Below are positions 52,350 through 64,000 of a stretch of DNA of 64,000 nucleotides, piece after piece. The stretch is taken from contig OX597819.1 in NCBI GenBank assembly GCA_951406725.2, positions 11,780,001-11,844,000 on the forward strand. The letters are read 5' to 3'. The first letter of the stretch is position 1. Each line of letters starts with the position of its first letter. This DNA is from Octopus vulgaris. Its lineage: Eukaryota. A model generated the notes under the pieces. That model saw nothing but the letters and a program-made list of their open reading frames with translations. It was not told the origin of the DNA and ran no database searches. The position numbers and the translations under genes were made by a program.

Positions 52350-52928
52350 ATTTTACTTGTTTCAGCCGTTTGACTGCGGCCATGCTGGAGCACCGCCTTT
52401 TAGTCGAACAAATCGACCCCAGGACTTATTCTTTGTAAGCCCAGTACTTATTCTATCGGTCTCTTTTACCGAACCGCTAAGTGACGGGGACGTAAACCCA
52501 CCAGCATCAGTTGTCAAGCAATGCTAAGGGGACAAACACACACACACACATACATACATACATACATACATACGACAGGCTTCTTTCAGTTTCTGTCTAC
52601 CAAATCCACTCACAAGGCATTGGTCGGCCCGGGGCTATAGCAGAAGACACTTGCCCAAGATGCCACGCAGTGGGACTGAACCCAGAACCATGTGGTTGGT
52701 CAGCAACCTACTTACCACACAGCCACTTCTGCACCTGTGTGTGTGTGTGTGTATATATACATATATACGACGGGCTTCTTTCAGTTTCTGTCTACCAAAT
52801 CCACTCACAAGGCATTGGTCGGCCCGGGGCTATAGTAGAAGACACTTGCCCAAGGTGCCACGCAGTGGGACTGAAACTGGAACCATGTGGTTGGTTAGCA
52901 AGCTGCTTACCACACAGCCACTCCTGCA
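52350..52928 (-). mobile_element. SINE A (full, 52350-52730) plus a second 5' half (52765-52928)
   Basis: Antisense A copies in tandem. Confidence 0.9.
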
Positions 52929-54595
52929 TTATTTTGAATTTCTCACATACGATCTGATTTCATTGATGTAATTCTTTATTATTAAAATGACATTGTAGGT
53001 TAGGTGTGAGAAGCCAGATTTAGCTGGTTTGAACATCAAATAGGTGGAATATTTGGGCCTGATATGGATGGTTTGAATGCTGAAGAATTAATAAACATAT
53101 TTGTTGTATTTTTCTCATGTACAAGTCACACCCCAAATTTAGTATCAAACCTTGGTATAGAATCATCCCCCCCCCCCGTCATATTTTTAGTTTTGCATTG
53201 CTTGTATGTCTGGTGAGTGCCTGTGATTATATTGATGATGTTGATGATGATGATGATGTGAGATTGTGTGTGTTTATTGCCAAGAGACAGAAGGTTGTAT
53301 GACAAAAGGGACATGGGGTACAGAGGGAAGTGTTAAGGGGTGTTAGAGTAATGAGAGGCTCTCAAAGAGACCAATGATGTTCACTTGACAGCTTTCACCT
53401 CTTCCCTGCATTCCACATCTCCATCCACATCTCTGCCGTCTCCCACTCTCCTTCCACATTCCCCATGAACTTAACGTACTTACCCACTTACCCTGCTCAC
53501 CTCTCTATCACTTATATTTTCTTCCTGTAACTTGGGAATATGCCCTGACTACATCATCACTACTATCTTGAGCTGGCAGACACGTTAGCGCGCCGGGTGA
53601 AATGCTTAGCGGTATTTCGTCTGTCGTTACGTTCTGAGTTCAAATTCCGCCGAGGTCAACTTTGCCTTTCATCCTTTCGGGGTCGATAAATAAAGTACCA
53701 GTTTCGCACTGGGGGGCGATATAATCGACTCAATCCCTTCTTCTGTCCGTGTTTGTCCCCTCTATGTTTAGCCCCTTGTGGGCAGTAAAGAAATATATCT
53801 TCTCTCTCTTCTGACTGGATTAACAATGTAAATCCCTTATAATAAGACACCTTTTGGGAGCTGTGATGGGTTTGATTTCACCATAAAATGTTGGGAAAAC
53901 CTTTGTCTTTCTGAATGAGCATCATCATCATCATCATCATCATTGTCATCAATTTTCCATGCTGACATGGGTTGGACGGCTTGACCAGAACTGGCAAGGC
54001 CAGAGGCCACCCCTGGTTCCTTTGTCTGTTTTCACTTGGTTTCTACAACTGGGTGCCCTTCCTAATACCAGCCACTTCACAGAATGTATTGGATGCTTTT
54101 CCAAATTTTGGCATAGTGCCAATTATTCTGTCGTTCCTCTGTCATGCTTTAAGCCTCTCATCACCTGGCATAAAGCCACTTCATTCGATGCTACACCCCT
54201 TCCTCATCTGGGTGGTCATCTCTTGAAAGTCACCTGGCCACCTCACTGATGCTAATGCCACAGTAAAAGCACTTAGTTCACTCTTTGAAGTAGGTGCCAT
54301 TAAGAAAGGTAACTAGCTACAGGAAACCATGCCAAAGCAGACCTCATATATATTGTGTGTGTGTGTATGTGTATATATATATGTATGTATATGTATATAT
54401 ATATGGCTCTGTGGTAAGTAGCTTGCTTACCACCACATGGTTCCGGGTTCAGTCCCACTGCATGGCACCTTGGGCAAGTGTCTTCTGCTATAGCCTTGGG
54501 CTGACCAAAGCCTTGTGAGTGGATTTGGTAGATATTACTTTAAAATTATTATTATAGTTATGATAAATGTATTAATAATATTGCCACGCTAACAT

Positions 54596-54931
54596 GGCAG
54601 TCCAGAAAAATAGGACAAATGCTGCCATTGATTAGCTCCAAGAGGCCATCATTTCTAGCTAGCTATGAGGCACACAAACCTGTGTCCATTACAACCTTCA
54701 AACAGGTGAGGTCATCCGCTTCCCCATGCTGGTTCAGACATCCACAGACTAATTTCGGGATATTTGCCCCTTATCAATGTGGAGTAGTCAAACCTAGCAG
54801 GCGTCGCTGTTGACTGTCTGTTCAAAGGTCTATATATATGGACACAGGTTTGTGTGTCACATAGCTAGCTAGAGGTGATGGCCTCTTGGAGCTAATCAGC
54901 AGCAGCATTCGTCCTGTTTTTCAGGACTGCC
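54596..54931 (-). mobile_element. Non-autonomous element with ~95-bp terminal inverted repeats and an internal hammerhead relic
   Basis: ggcagtcc...cctgtgtccat pairs with atggacacagg...ggactgcc. Minus strand 54742-54782 reads ccaca TTGATAA ggggcaaatatccc GAAA ttag TC tgtgg. Confidence 0.75.
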
Positions 54932-55231
54932 TTAGTCTTCTTTAGAGAGATTTTGAAATGATAAATGTACTGTAAATGATTAATGACACTGAAAATATCA
55001 AAAATGAGATTAACTACTTTAATATGCTAATAATTTTAATGAATTAATTATTATAACATTCATGTGATACTTACTGTGCACCTACTTTTGCACACACATA
55101 ACACACACACACACACACACACACTATATACACTCTCACACTCATACACACACACATATAACATGTCTTGCAATATATTTACTGTTATCACCCATCTGTA
55201 TATGTCTGTCTGTGTGTCTGCTGTTTTTCAG

Positions 55232-55498
55232 ATGACATCCCCGATCCATGTCGTAATGTTGGCTGTGATACCACAATAAAGTACCAGTGTCCGAGGGATT
55301 CTTTACTTGTGGCCAATGTGAGTGGTGCAACCGGAAGCGCATCAATGGAGATCTGCTGCAAGGAGAGACTCACCTGTCAGTGCAATATGGATGCTTGCAA
55401 CATACCAAAGTGCATTGTTGGATACATGCCGCAGCGAGTGCACCATGGCACCAGAAAGCCAGGAGATTGCTGTGATAACTTCGTCTGTAAACGGAACA
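55232..55498 (+). CDS. CRIM1: Internal coding exon of a CRIM1-like (cysteine-rich motor neuron 1) gene
   Basis: Acceptor ctgtttttcAG ends at 55231 and donor GTaagt starts at 55499. The exon is 267 nt, phase 1-1, with no stop. It translates to (D)DIPDPCRNVGCDTTIKYQCPRDSLLVANVSGATGSASMEICCKERLTCQCNMDACNIPKCIVGYMPQRVHHGTRKPGDCCDNFVCKRN. The Cys spacing and the CPxDS, CC, CxC and PGxCCDxFxC motifs match the cysteine-rich repeats that follow the IGFBP domain in CRIM1 (recalled, not searched). The exon call is strong; the gene identity is slightly less certain. Confidence 0.85.
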
Positions 55499-55616
55499 GT
55501 AAGTTTGTGTGGGGTTTTCTTTTAGGGTTATCTTGCGAGTAAGAAGTTACAGGTTTTGTTGCTTAATCCTCAGATTAACCCGATGAAAAAGACCTTTGAT
55601 CAAAGGTATTCCAACA

Positions 55617-55848
55617 AAGGCGGCGAGCTGGCAGAAATGTTAGCACGCCAGGCAAAATGCTTAGCGGTATTTTGTCTGCCGTTACGTTCTGAGTTCAAAT
55701 TCCGCCAAGGTTGACTTTGCCTTTCATCCTTTCGGGGTCGATAAATTAAGTACCAGTTACGCACTGGGGTCGATATAATCGACTTAATCCGTGTGTCTGT
55801 CCTTGTTTGTCCCTTCTGTGTGTAGCCCCTGGTGGGTAGTAAAGAAAT
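55617..55848 (+). mobile_element. SINE B
   Basis: TSD aggtattccaaca (55604-55616 / 55849-55861). Confidence 0.9.
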
Positions 55849-56449
55849 AGGTATTCCAACAGTGACCACCCCATCTATTTTTAGGGTTTGTTTAGGACTG
55901 CATTTTCTTTCTTTCTTTCTTTCTTCCTCTTTTCCAAAATGGTAGGATGCAATTTGGTATTTCTAGCAAGTTCCTGGTTCAGCCTCACTGCATGGCTCCT
56001 TGGGCAGATGTTTTCTGTAGATATGGGCCTAGCCTTTTAAGTGAATTTGATCGTTGGAAACTGAAAGAAGCCCATCAGGTATATGTGTGTGTTAGTGTCT
56101 CTCTGCTTTGACATCATTTGATAGTTGTGTCGCCATAAAGCAAGCAGTGCCCACCATTTCCAATCTTCTTTGAAAAAAAAACCTATCTTGGTTTATTATG
56201 GAAGTATTTATTATCTAGCTTGGAAACAGGTAAGGGTTGGTGGCAGGAAGGGCATCTGGCCGTAGAAAATCTGCCTCAACAAATTCCATCCAACTGATGC
56301 AAGCATGGGAAGGTGAATGCTAAACGACGATGATGGTGGTGATGATGATGATGATGATGATGATGAGGATGATTTTAAACCAACAATGTAGTTTGCGTTG
56401 ATCAGCTCATTCTACCCTTCACAGACTCCCTACTTTCTTTAAAGTAGGG

Positions 56450-56852
56450 TACACAGGAGTGGCTGTGTGGTAAGTAGCTTGCTAACCAACCACATGGTTT
56501 CGGGATCAGTCCCACTGCGTGGCATCTTGGGCAAGTGTCTTCTGCTATAGCCCCGGGCCGACCAATGCCTTGTGAGTGGATTTGGTAGACGGAAACTGAA
56601 AGAAGCCTGTCGTATATATGTATATATATATGTATATGTGTGTATGTGTTTGTGTGTCTGTGTTTGTTCCCCTAGCATTGCTTGACAACCGATGCTGGTG
56701 TGTTTACGTCCCCATCACTTAGCTGTTCGGCAAAAGAGACCGATAGAATAAGTACTGGGCTTACAAAGAATAAGTCCCGGGGTCGATTTGCTCAACTAAA
56801 GGCGGTGCTCCAGCATGGCCGCAGTCAAATGACTGAAACATGTAAAAGAGTA
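56450..56852 (+). mobile_element. SINE A
   Basis: Full-length; same subfamily variants as 52350-52730. Confidence 0.9.
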
Positions 56853-58064
56853 TATCTCTTTAATGTGTTCAATCTTGAGACAGACAACACAGCCACCATT
56901 AGAACCGTGTGTGGAGGCACCAAAGTCCAATTGTCTCTCATATCTTTTAGTCTCGTCACATTCCAGCAATTCTCAAGACATTCCTTACATGACAATAACA
57001 AAACATCACACACACACACCACCACCACCACCACTACCACACTGCACCACCCTTCTCCACTACCTTACACTCCGCACTTCCACCACCACCTTACACATCA
57101 CTTTCCTCACCACCCCCTTACTAGGGAGGGCACCTGTTGACATGTTTTAATTTATCTCATGTTCTCCCCTCCACCTTCTCTCCCCTTCCCACCCCTATCA
57201 TCTTACACTACATCACCATCAAGTCATGAGGAAACCTCTCTGTGGTCTTTCCATCTGGTAGAAATAGCAGCCAAATTTCCCTCAAATGACACTCCACCTT
57301 TTTAATAAAGGGAAGGACACATTAAACAGTGTAATTAAAGGTAACTTTTAAAAAAAAAGACAAGTCAGTCACATCCAGAATACTTTTGATCATAGGTCTG
57401 CTCCATCAGGACTGGCCTAGGGTTAAACAACAACAACAATCACCAGGTGTCAGAACTGCATGTATTAAAGCAAGCAAAGGGGGTAATGGAGTGAGGTTTG
57501 ACTTGGCTTGCCTAACAGGTAAATATATATCATACCTGTGTAGCTGGTGTGTGTGTGTGTTGGGTAGGAAGTTGTGGCGGTGGTGGTGGTGGCTAGGTTT
57601 TAAATAGTGGTATTGATAGGGTTAGGGAGGGGGGAGCCATCTGGTGGGATGGTGGTTTTGTGTGTGTTGGTGTTTGTGTTGATGTCTTTGATGTATTCAT
57701 TTGTTACACTTTTACTGTTCCTTATTGTGTAGAGGGGGAGGGGAGGGGGCGGAATGTAAGAAGATAAGACAACAAAGGCGACACAACAACAACAACAACA
57801 GCAACAACCACCAAACTAGCACTAATAAGATCAGTTTGTGCCAGGTAGAAAAACAGATCTCTCTCAGTAAGGGTCACTTGTTCAGTTGATATCACCTTTC
57901 ATTGTAAGGGTCCTAGAAGTCCTAATGTGATGGAGGTTATGTATTTGTCCTTCTGCTTAACGATCCTGAAGGTTTAAGTTGTCAGTGTTAGGACAAAGTA
58001 AGACCACAAGAACCATTAGCATGCTGGACAAAATGCTTAAGCATGTTCTGAGTTCAAATTCTAT

Positions 58065-58415
58065 GGAAATTGATCAACATCAAAATCATCAAAATCAAAT
58101 GGAAATTGTATTTGTGATCCCCGTGCCGGTGGCACGTAAAAGGCACCATCCGAACATGGTTGATGCTAGCGCTCCCTTGACTGGCTTCCATGCCGGTGGC
58201 ATGTGAAAAGCACTGACCGATCGTGGTCATTGCCAGCTCCCACTGGCCCCTGTGCCAGTGGCACGTAAAAAAGCATGGTTGGCATTAGGAAGGGCATCCA
58301 GCTGTAGAAACACTGCCAGATCAGATTGGGGCTTGGTACAGCCTCCTGGCTTCCCAGAGCCCAGTCGAACTATCCAACCCATACCAGCAAGGAAAACAGA
58401 CGTTAGATGATGATC
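58065..58415 (+). mobile_element. RTE-type LINE 3'UTR (module D with upstream modules)
   Basis: Homologous to 10370-10720. Confidence 0.8.
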
Positions 58416-58941
58416 ATCATCATGATCATCATCCTCATCATCACCACCACCACCACCACCACCATCATCATCAACAACCTCCTCTTTTCAGGGTCAATAA
58501 AATATGTATCAGTAGAAACTAGGATCCGTGTCACTAACTTACCCCCTCCTCCCAAATTGCTGACCTTGTGCCAAAATTTAAAACTAGTATTAGAACAAAA
58601 CGTCCCACAGTAAAGACAGGACGACCACAAGATGATCCCTGGAAATCTATTAAGTATTGATCCTAAATGATAAACTGGGTATATTTTATAGTTTATGATA
58701 GTTTGAAGAAGCTGTGAAATTACGAAAGATTATCTTCTCCTTATGTCATGTGACAGGTTATCACTGTCACATGATGGTTTACCCCCATCACCATGAGGAA
58801 GATTACCACTGTATCGGAGATGATTATTACTGCTCTGTGTGATGGAGTTACCTCTGTTCAATGTGTTGGATTCCTCCTGATTCATAGAATGGGTCTCCTT
58901 TGTACCATTTGATATTTCCTCTCTGATTAGACTACAACAGT

Positions 58942-59323
58942 GGAGTGGAAGCACTACGTCGGTTACGACGACGAGGGTTCCGGTTGATCCGAATCAACGG
59001 AACAGCCTGCTCGTGAAATTAACATGGCTGAGCACTCCACTGACACGTGTACCCTTAACGTAGTTCTCAGGGATATTCAGCGTGACACAGAGAGTGACAA
59101 GGCTGGCCCCTTGAAATACAGGTACAACCGAAACAGGAAGTAAGAGTGAGAGAAAGTTGTGGTGAAAGAGTACAGCAGGGATCACCACCATCCCCTGCCG
59201 GAGCCTCGTGGAGCTTTAGGTGTTTTCACTCAATAAACACTCACAACGCCCGGTCTGGGAATCGAAACCGCGATCCTATGGCCGCAAGTCCGCTGCCCTA
59301 ACCACTGGCCATTGTGCCTCCAC
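58942..59323 (-). mobile_element. SINE family C
   Basis: TSD actacaacagt (58931-58941 / 59324-59334). Confidence 0.9.
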
Positions 59324-59762
59324 ACTACAACAGTAACCCCTGTAACAATAACAACAATCGTTTCTAATTTAGGTTCTAGGTCCGTAATTTTGAGGGCAAG
59401 GAACTAGTCGCTATCATTGAGCCCCCAGTATTTGACAAATACTTTATTTTGATGTCCTTAAAAGGGCAAAAGTGGATTTTTAAAAAGTATTTGAATCCAC
59501 AGAATATAAAGAGGCAGAAAGGTGGCAAACTGGGCAAAAACGTTAGCATGCCAGGCGAAATGCTTAGCGGTAGTTTAAATTCTGCTGGGGTCAACTTTGC
59601 CTTTCATCCTTTCAGGGTCGATAAACTGAGTACCAGTTGCGTACTGGAGTCGATCTAATCGGCTGAAATACCACTAGGCACTTTGTCAGGCATGCTTACG
59701 ATTCTGCCAACTTACTGATGATAATGATGATGATGATGGTGCTGGTGATGATGATGTTGATG

Positions 59763-59798
<36 letters not shown>

Positions 59799-61357
59799 GT
59801 AATAACCCTTTCTCCTATAGGCACAAGACCTGAAATTTGTGGGGAGGGAGATAATCAGTTACATTAACCCCCAGTACTTAACTGGTATGTATTTTATCAA
59901 CTCTAAAAGGATGAAAGATTAAGTTCAGCTTGACAGCATTTGAATAATAATGATAGTAATAGTAGTAGTAGTAGTAGTAGTAATAATAATAATTAATAAT
60001 TAATAATTAATAATAATAATAATAATTTCTTTCATTAGCCACATGGGCATAGATGAGAAGGATGTCACAAGAATAGACAGTTTGTGAGGAGATTTACATA
60101 AAAGATAAGAAAGAAAGGAATAAAACAATCTTATTGACCTCAAAAGAATGAATTAGAAAGTTTACTTTGACAGGATTTGAAATCAGAAATCAAAGAACCA
60201 CCTCTAAATAACCAGAAGGCACTTTGTCCGACATTGAACGGATCCTTCCAATCCAACCACCCAGTTTTTAATACGGGTACAATGCCTGAAGGTTGTGGAA
60301 AGGATTTAAGCAATTAAAATGAACCCCAAAATGTAACTGGTATTTTATTAACACCCCCACCCCACCCACCCCGCTCCCCAAAAGATGAAAAGCAAAGTTA
60401 ACCTTGGTGGAATTTGAACTTAGAACCTCAAGAACCAAAAAACAAATATCAGAAAGCATTTCATCTGATGCTCTACAGATTCTGCCAAGTGTTTGATATT
60501 AACATTTGTATAACATTAACCCACCACCATCTCCACCATCACCACCACCACCACTGACTTCACCACAGTTGCCACTACCACTATAACAGTTACCTGCCAC
60601 CACTCCTCCCACACCTGCGAATGTCTTGTTAAATGTAATGACATTGAGATTCTTTACATTTCTGCGTCTTTGTATGATGGCATCTGTGTGATGGTGGTGG
60701 AGGAGGAAGTGATGGTGGTGAAGGTAATCTGTACATTACCTTTGGCGGTGGTGGTGGTGGTGGTGGTGGCGGTTGCAGTGGTGGTGGTGGTGGTGGTGGT
60801 GGTAATTTTAATATAGTAGCAAGAGATAGCTAGACAGGCTGACAAATTAATATCATTTAGGAATACATCTCAATATATTCTGTTTTGTAGAATACAAACT
60901 TCAATACTGTCCCGTCCAAGGTTTATAGAGCATACAGATTGTAGACGAGTGATGTGAAGGACACGCAAACACGAAGCTTCTCTCTCTCTCCATATATAAA
61001 AGCAGTTTTGATTATTTGGTCATTGATAATCAGGCATGGCTGCGTGGTAGCAAATTTGCTACCTGGCCACTTGGATCCGAGTTCAGTCCCACTGCATGGC
61101 ACCTTAGGCAAGTGTCTTCCACTATAGCCCTGGTCCAGCCAAAGCCTTATGAGTGAATTACGTACATAGGAACTAAAAGAAACCTGTTTTATGTATGTCT
61201 TCTAGTATGTAAGGCTGCCTATTAAAGGTCGCCTCTTTTGTGTTTAAATGTACACTAATTTTATATGGAAAATATGTTGTCTATTGACTTTTTATACATG
61301 CTGGACCACTGGTAGTGAAATTTCTAAAATTTGGCTACTGATCTTATTTGATATATA

Positions 61358-61755
61358 TCTTTATATATAAAAGTCAAGTTGTGTGTCTGTCTCCTACGAT
61401 TTAGATTCCTAACTACTCCCACATTTTGCGGTGCAGTTTAACCAAAACCGGGTATCTTATAGTCGTGATTCATATCGAGCCCTTCTGGGTATTAGCGCAC
61501 GTCTACGATGAGTCTACGATTTTAAAAAAAATTTACCATCATTTTTTTTCCATTTTAATGCATTTTTTTCGCTGTTATATAAGGGAAGTAACTCTCTAAA
61601 AATGTCTACGATGAGTCTACGATTTTAAAAAAATTTACCATCATTCTTTTTCCATTTTGAATGCATTTTTTGTTATTTTTTGGCTATAACTCTCTAAAAA
61701 TGCTTATATAGTTATTTCCCTTACAAACCCGAGCAACACCGGGCGATACTGCTAG
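61358..61755 (+). mobile_element. Non-autonomous Helitron (same family as 37361-37875, with internal duplication)
   Basis: 5' TC, 3' hairpin cccgagcaacaccggg and CTAG; the gtctacgatgagtctacgattttaaaa block occurs twice. Confidence 0.88.
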
Positions 61756-61778
61756 TATATATATATAGATCTTATTTG

Positions 61779-61809
<31 letters not shown>

Positions 61810-62169
61810 GTCAAATTGAAGAGTCATTATAAAAACTAGATGGAAATGTCTTGCATTATTCCTTATGATTAAGGTGACAAGCTGACAAACATCAGCACAG
61901 CAGACAAAATGCTCAATGGAATTTCTTCCGGCTCTCTACATTCTGAGCACCAATTCTACCAAGGTCAACTTTGCCTTTCCTCCATTTGGGGTCAGTAACA
62001 GAAGTATCGGTTGAGATTTGGGTTTGATGTAATTGACTGTCCCCTCACCTAACATTGTTGTCATTATGCTAAAATTTAAAACTATCATTTCTCACGATTC
62101 CCTACATTCTGAGTTTAATTTTATCCTTTCCAGATTGTTTAAAGGGTACCAATTATGTGGGGGGGGGGG

Positions 62170-62422
62170 GGCGCATGGCTTAGTGGTTAGGGTGTTGAAC
62201 TCATGATCGTAAGGTTGTGGTTTCGATTCTTGGACTGGGCGATGTGTTGTATTCTTGAGCAAAACACTTCATTTTCACGTTGCTCCAGTCCACTCAGCTG
62301 GCAAAAATGAGTAATCCTGCGACAGACCGGTGGACCGGTGTCCCGTCCAGGTGGGGAATTTCTATGCCACTGAAACTGGGAAACCGGCCCTTATGGGCCT
62401 GGCATGGCTTGAGAAGGAACAT
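62170..62422 (+). mobile_element. SINE with family E head and V-domain-like tail
   Basis: Head matches the reverse complement of 27720-27871; tail matches the reverse complement of 12345-12445. Confidence 0.8.
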
Positions 62423-63539
62423 TTAATTTTTTTATTTTAATTCTGGGTGGTGAAATTGTAGAACTGTAATGAAGAACAGTTTTATGGAAACTGTACCTGG
62501 TCTTTGCAGTCTGGTGGTCACACCTGTGATAACAATAACAAAGAAACTGTATTAGCCTTGGGTTTCCCCTCAGACATCATTGGTGGCATGAGGAGAGGTG
62601 GTGGGGGACATGCATGCATGGGCAGCTGCTAGTTGTCCTGCATGCAAACCATGCCTATGTCTGCGAGGAACTTTACTGGTACAGAAAACCCTTAACAAGC
62701 CCTAACTGAAGAAGACTCTAGATCAGTAGTTACCAACCACAGCTCCCAGGTCCTCATGTGGCCCTCAAGCATCCTTCTGGTGGCCGTTGACAGTCTTCCC
62801 TCTATAAATTCAATATATGTTCCTTTAATAGACTTTTGTTTTACTTTTTTGTGGTGCAGCCCTCTAAAAAAATTCAGGTCTAGATTTGGCCCTGATATTA
62901 AAAGGGTCTAGGGCTTTTGATACCAGCACAAATAACAGGAATGTGGCATTTGGATAGGCAAGAAATGGAATAAAACTGACATTGTTATTCATTAAACCAA
63001 GAAGTAAATAATTTCAGTCTCGTTATAAAAATACTAATTAATATATAGAATTTAATGAATGATGTTCAGTAAGTGACGGCTGCTAATGTATTGTTCAACA
63101 AGTACAATATCCACTGTCTTTCCAGGTTCAGTTTTTATGGTGTTGCGTAATGTTTGTTAATCACATGCAGCATGAGATCAGTTTTGTAGTGCGTAAAATA
63201 TCAGTGACATTAGCGGAAATTAAACTGCGCTTCAGAAGTCTCATCTGTGCAGAGTGGAAAGCATGGTGTGTCTGTAGTGTTCCTCGTGATGGAGCTAATT
63301 TTAAGACGTATTATTTCATATGACCTTGGAAAATAATAATAAGTATGATAATAATAATGATTTCTAATTTAGTTCAAAAGGCAGCGTTTTGAGGTGAAGT
63401 GAGACAGCCAATTACATTGACCTCAGTACTTGACTGGTACTTTATTTTGACACTAAAAGAACGAAAGGTTAAATTGACTTGTATGACATAGCAATAAGGA
63501 AATCTGTTCGTGTGGCCTGTGTATATCTATGTGTCCATT

Positions 63540-63635
<96 letters not shown>

Positions 63636-63644
63636 ACTCTTTTA

Positions 63645-63825
63645 ACTACTAAATCCACAAGTTCTTTTTATTCTCTCTGCTTATTTCCTCGTGTTCCTTT
63701 CTGTTGAAGAGCATAGGCTCAAAACGTAAAAGACCTTCTCACTTTCCCGAGTTTCAAACTAATACACCTGCTTCTTGTTCATACACTTGTCTTCATCTTT
63801 TGTTTTTCTGTAAATTTCAACTATA
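63645..63825 (+). mobile_element. Family F Penelope-like element copy
   Basis: Hammerhead-like motif at 63697-63732: cttt CTGTTGA a gagc atag gctc AAAA cg TA aaag. Confidence 0.65.
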
Positions 63826-63827
63826 TA

Positions 63828-63895
<68 letters not shown>

Positions 63896-64000
63896 TAGAT
63901 AGATAGATAGATAGATATAGATATGTGTTTGTGTATTTATATATATATATATATATCATCATCATCATCATTGTTTAACGGCCATTTTTCCATGGGTGCA

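Noticed and set aside
58746-58774. Perfect 11-bp hairpin tcatgtgacag/ctgtcacatga
   Set aside because: Too short for a pre-miRNA, isolated, and has no supporting context.
62720-63320. Possible hAT transposon relic (cagtagttaccaac...tggccc end and a faint ERSF-like stretch on the minus strand)
   Set aside because: Too degenerate to support by eye; needs a profile search.

Overview
Eukaryotic, non-bacterial DNA. The microsatellite load and tRNA-derived SINE families point to an octopus or other coleoid cephalopod (inference). The window is almost entirely one repeat-saturated intron. I can support only one host exon: 55232-55498 (+), a 267-nt symmetric phase-1 exon encoding a cysteine-rich repeat that matches CRIM1 (cysteine-rich motor neuron 1). 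The rest consists of several modular tRNA-SINE families (labelled A, B, C, E here), 3' ends of an RTE-type LINE (module D), restriction-like-endonuclease (RLE) LINE C-termini, a decayed Gypsy pol, a probable L1/Tx1 ORF1 relic, piggyBac-type and foldback MITEs, two non-autonomous Helitrons, a Helentron-associated element, and many microsatellites. Nearly all ORFs in the supplied track are microsatellite or SINE artefacts. The main unexplained signals are: (1) at least seven minimal, dimer-type hammerhead-ribozyme motifs from several Penelope-like non-coding families, mostly in TA microsatellites, including one family with a recurrent non-canonical CUGUNGA core; (2) a 13 x 112-113 bp satellite arising inside a SINE; (3) a 2-kb nested array of LINE 3'UTR modules built from a repeated pseudoknot-like motif; (4) a patchwork of locally templated duplications; (5) inverted SINEs flanking a stop-free 3n exon, plus several long foldbacks that could be circRNA or ADAR substrates. 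All alignments were done by eye, so repeat boundaries are approximate unless a TSD is given.
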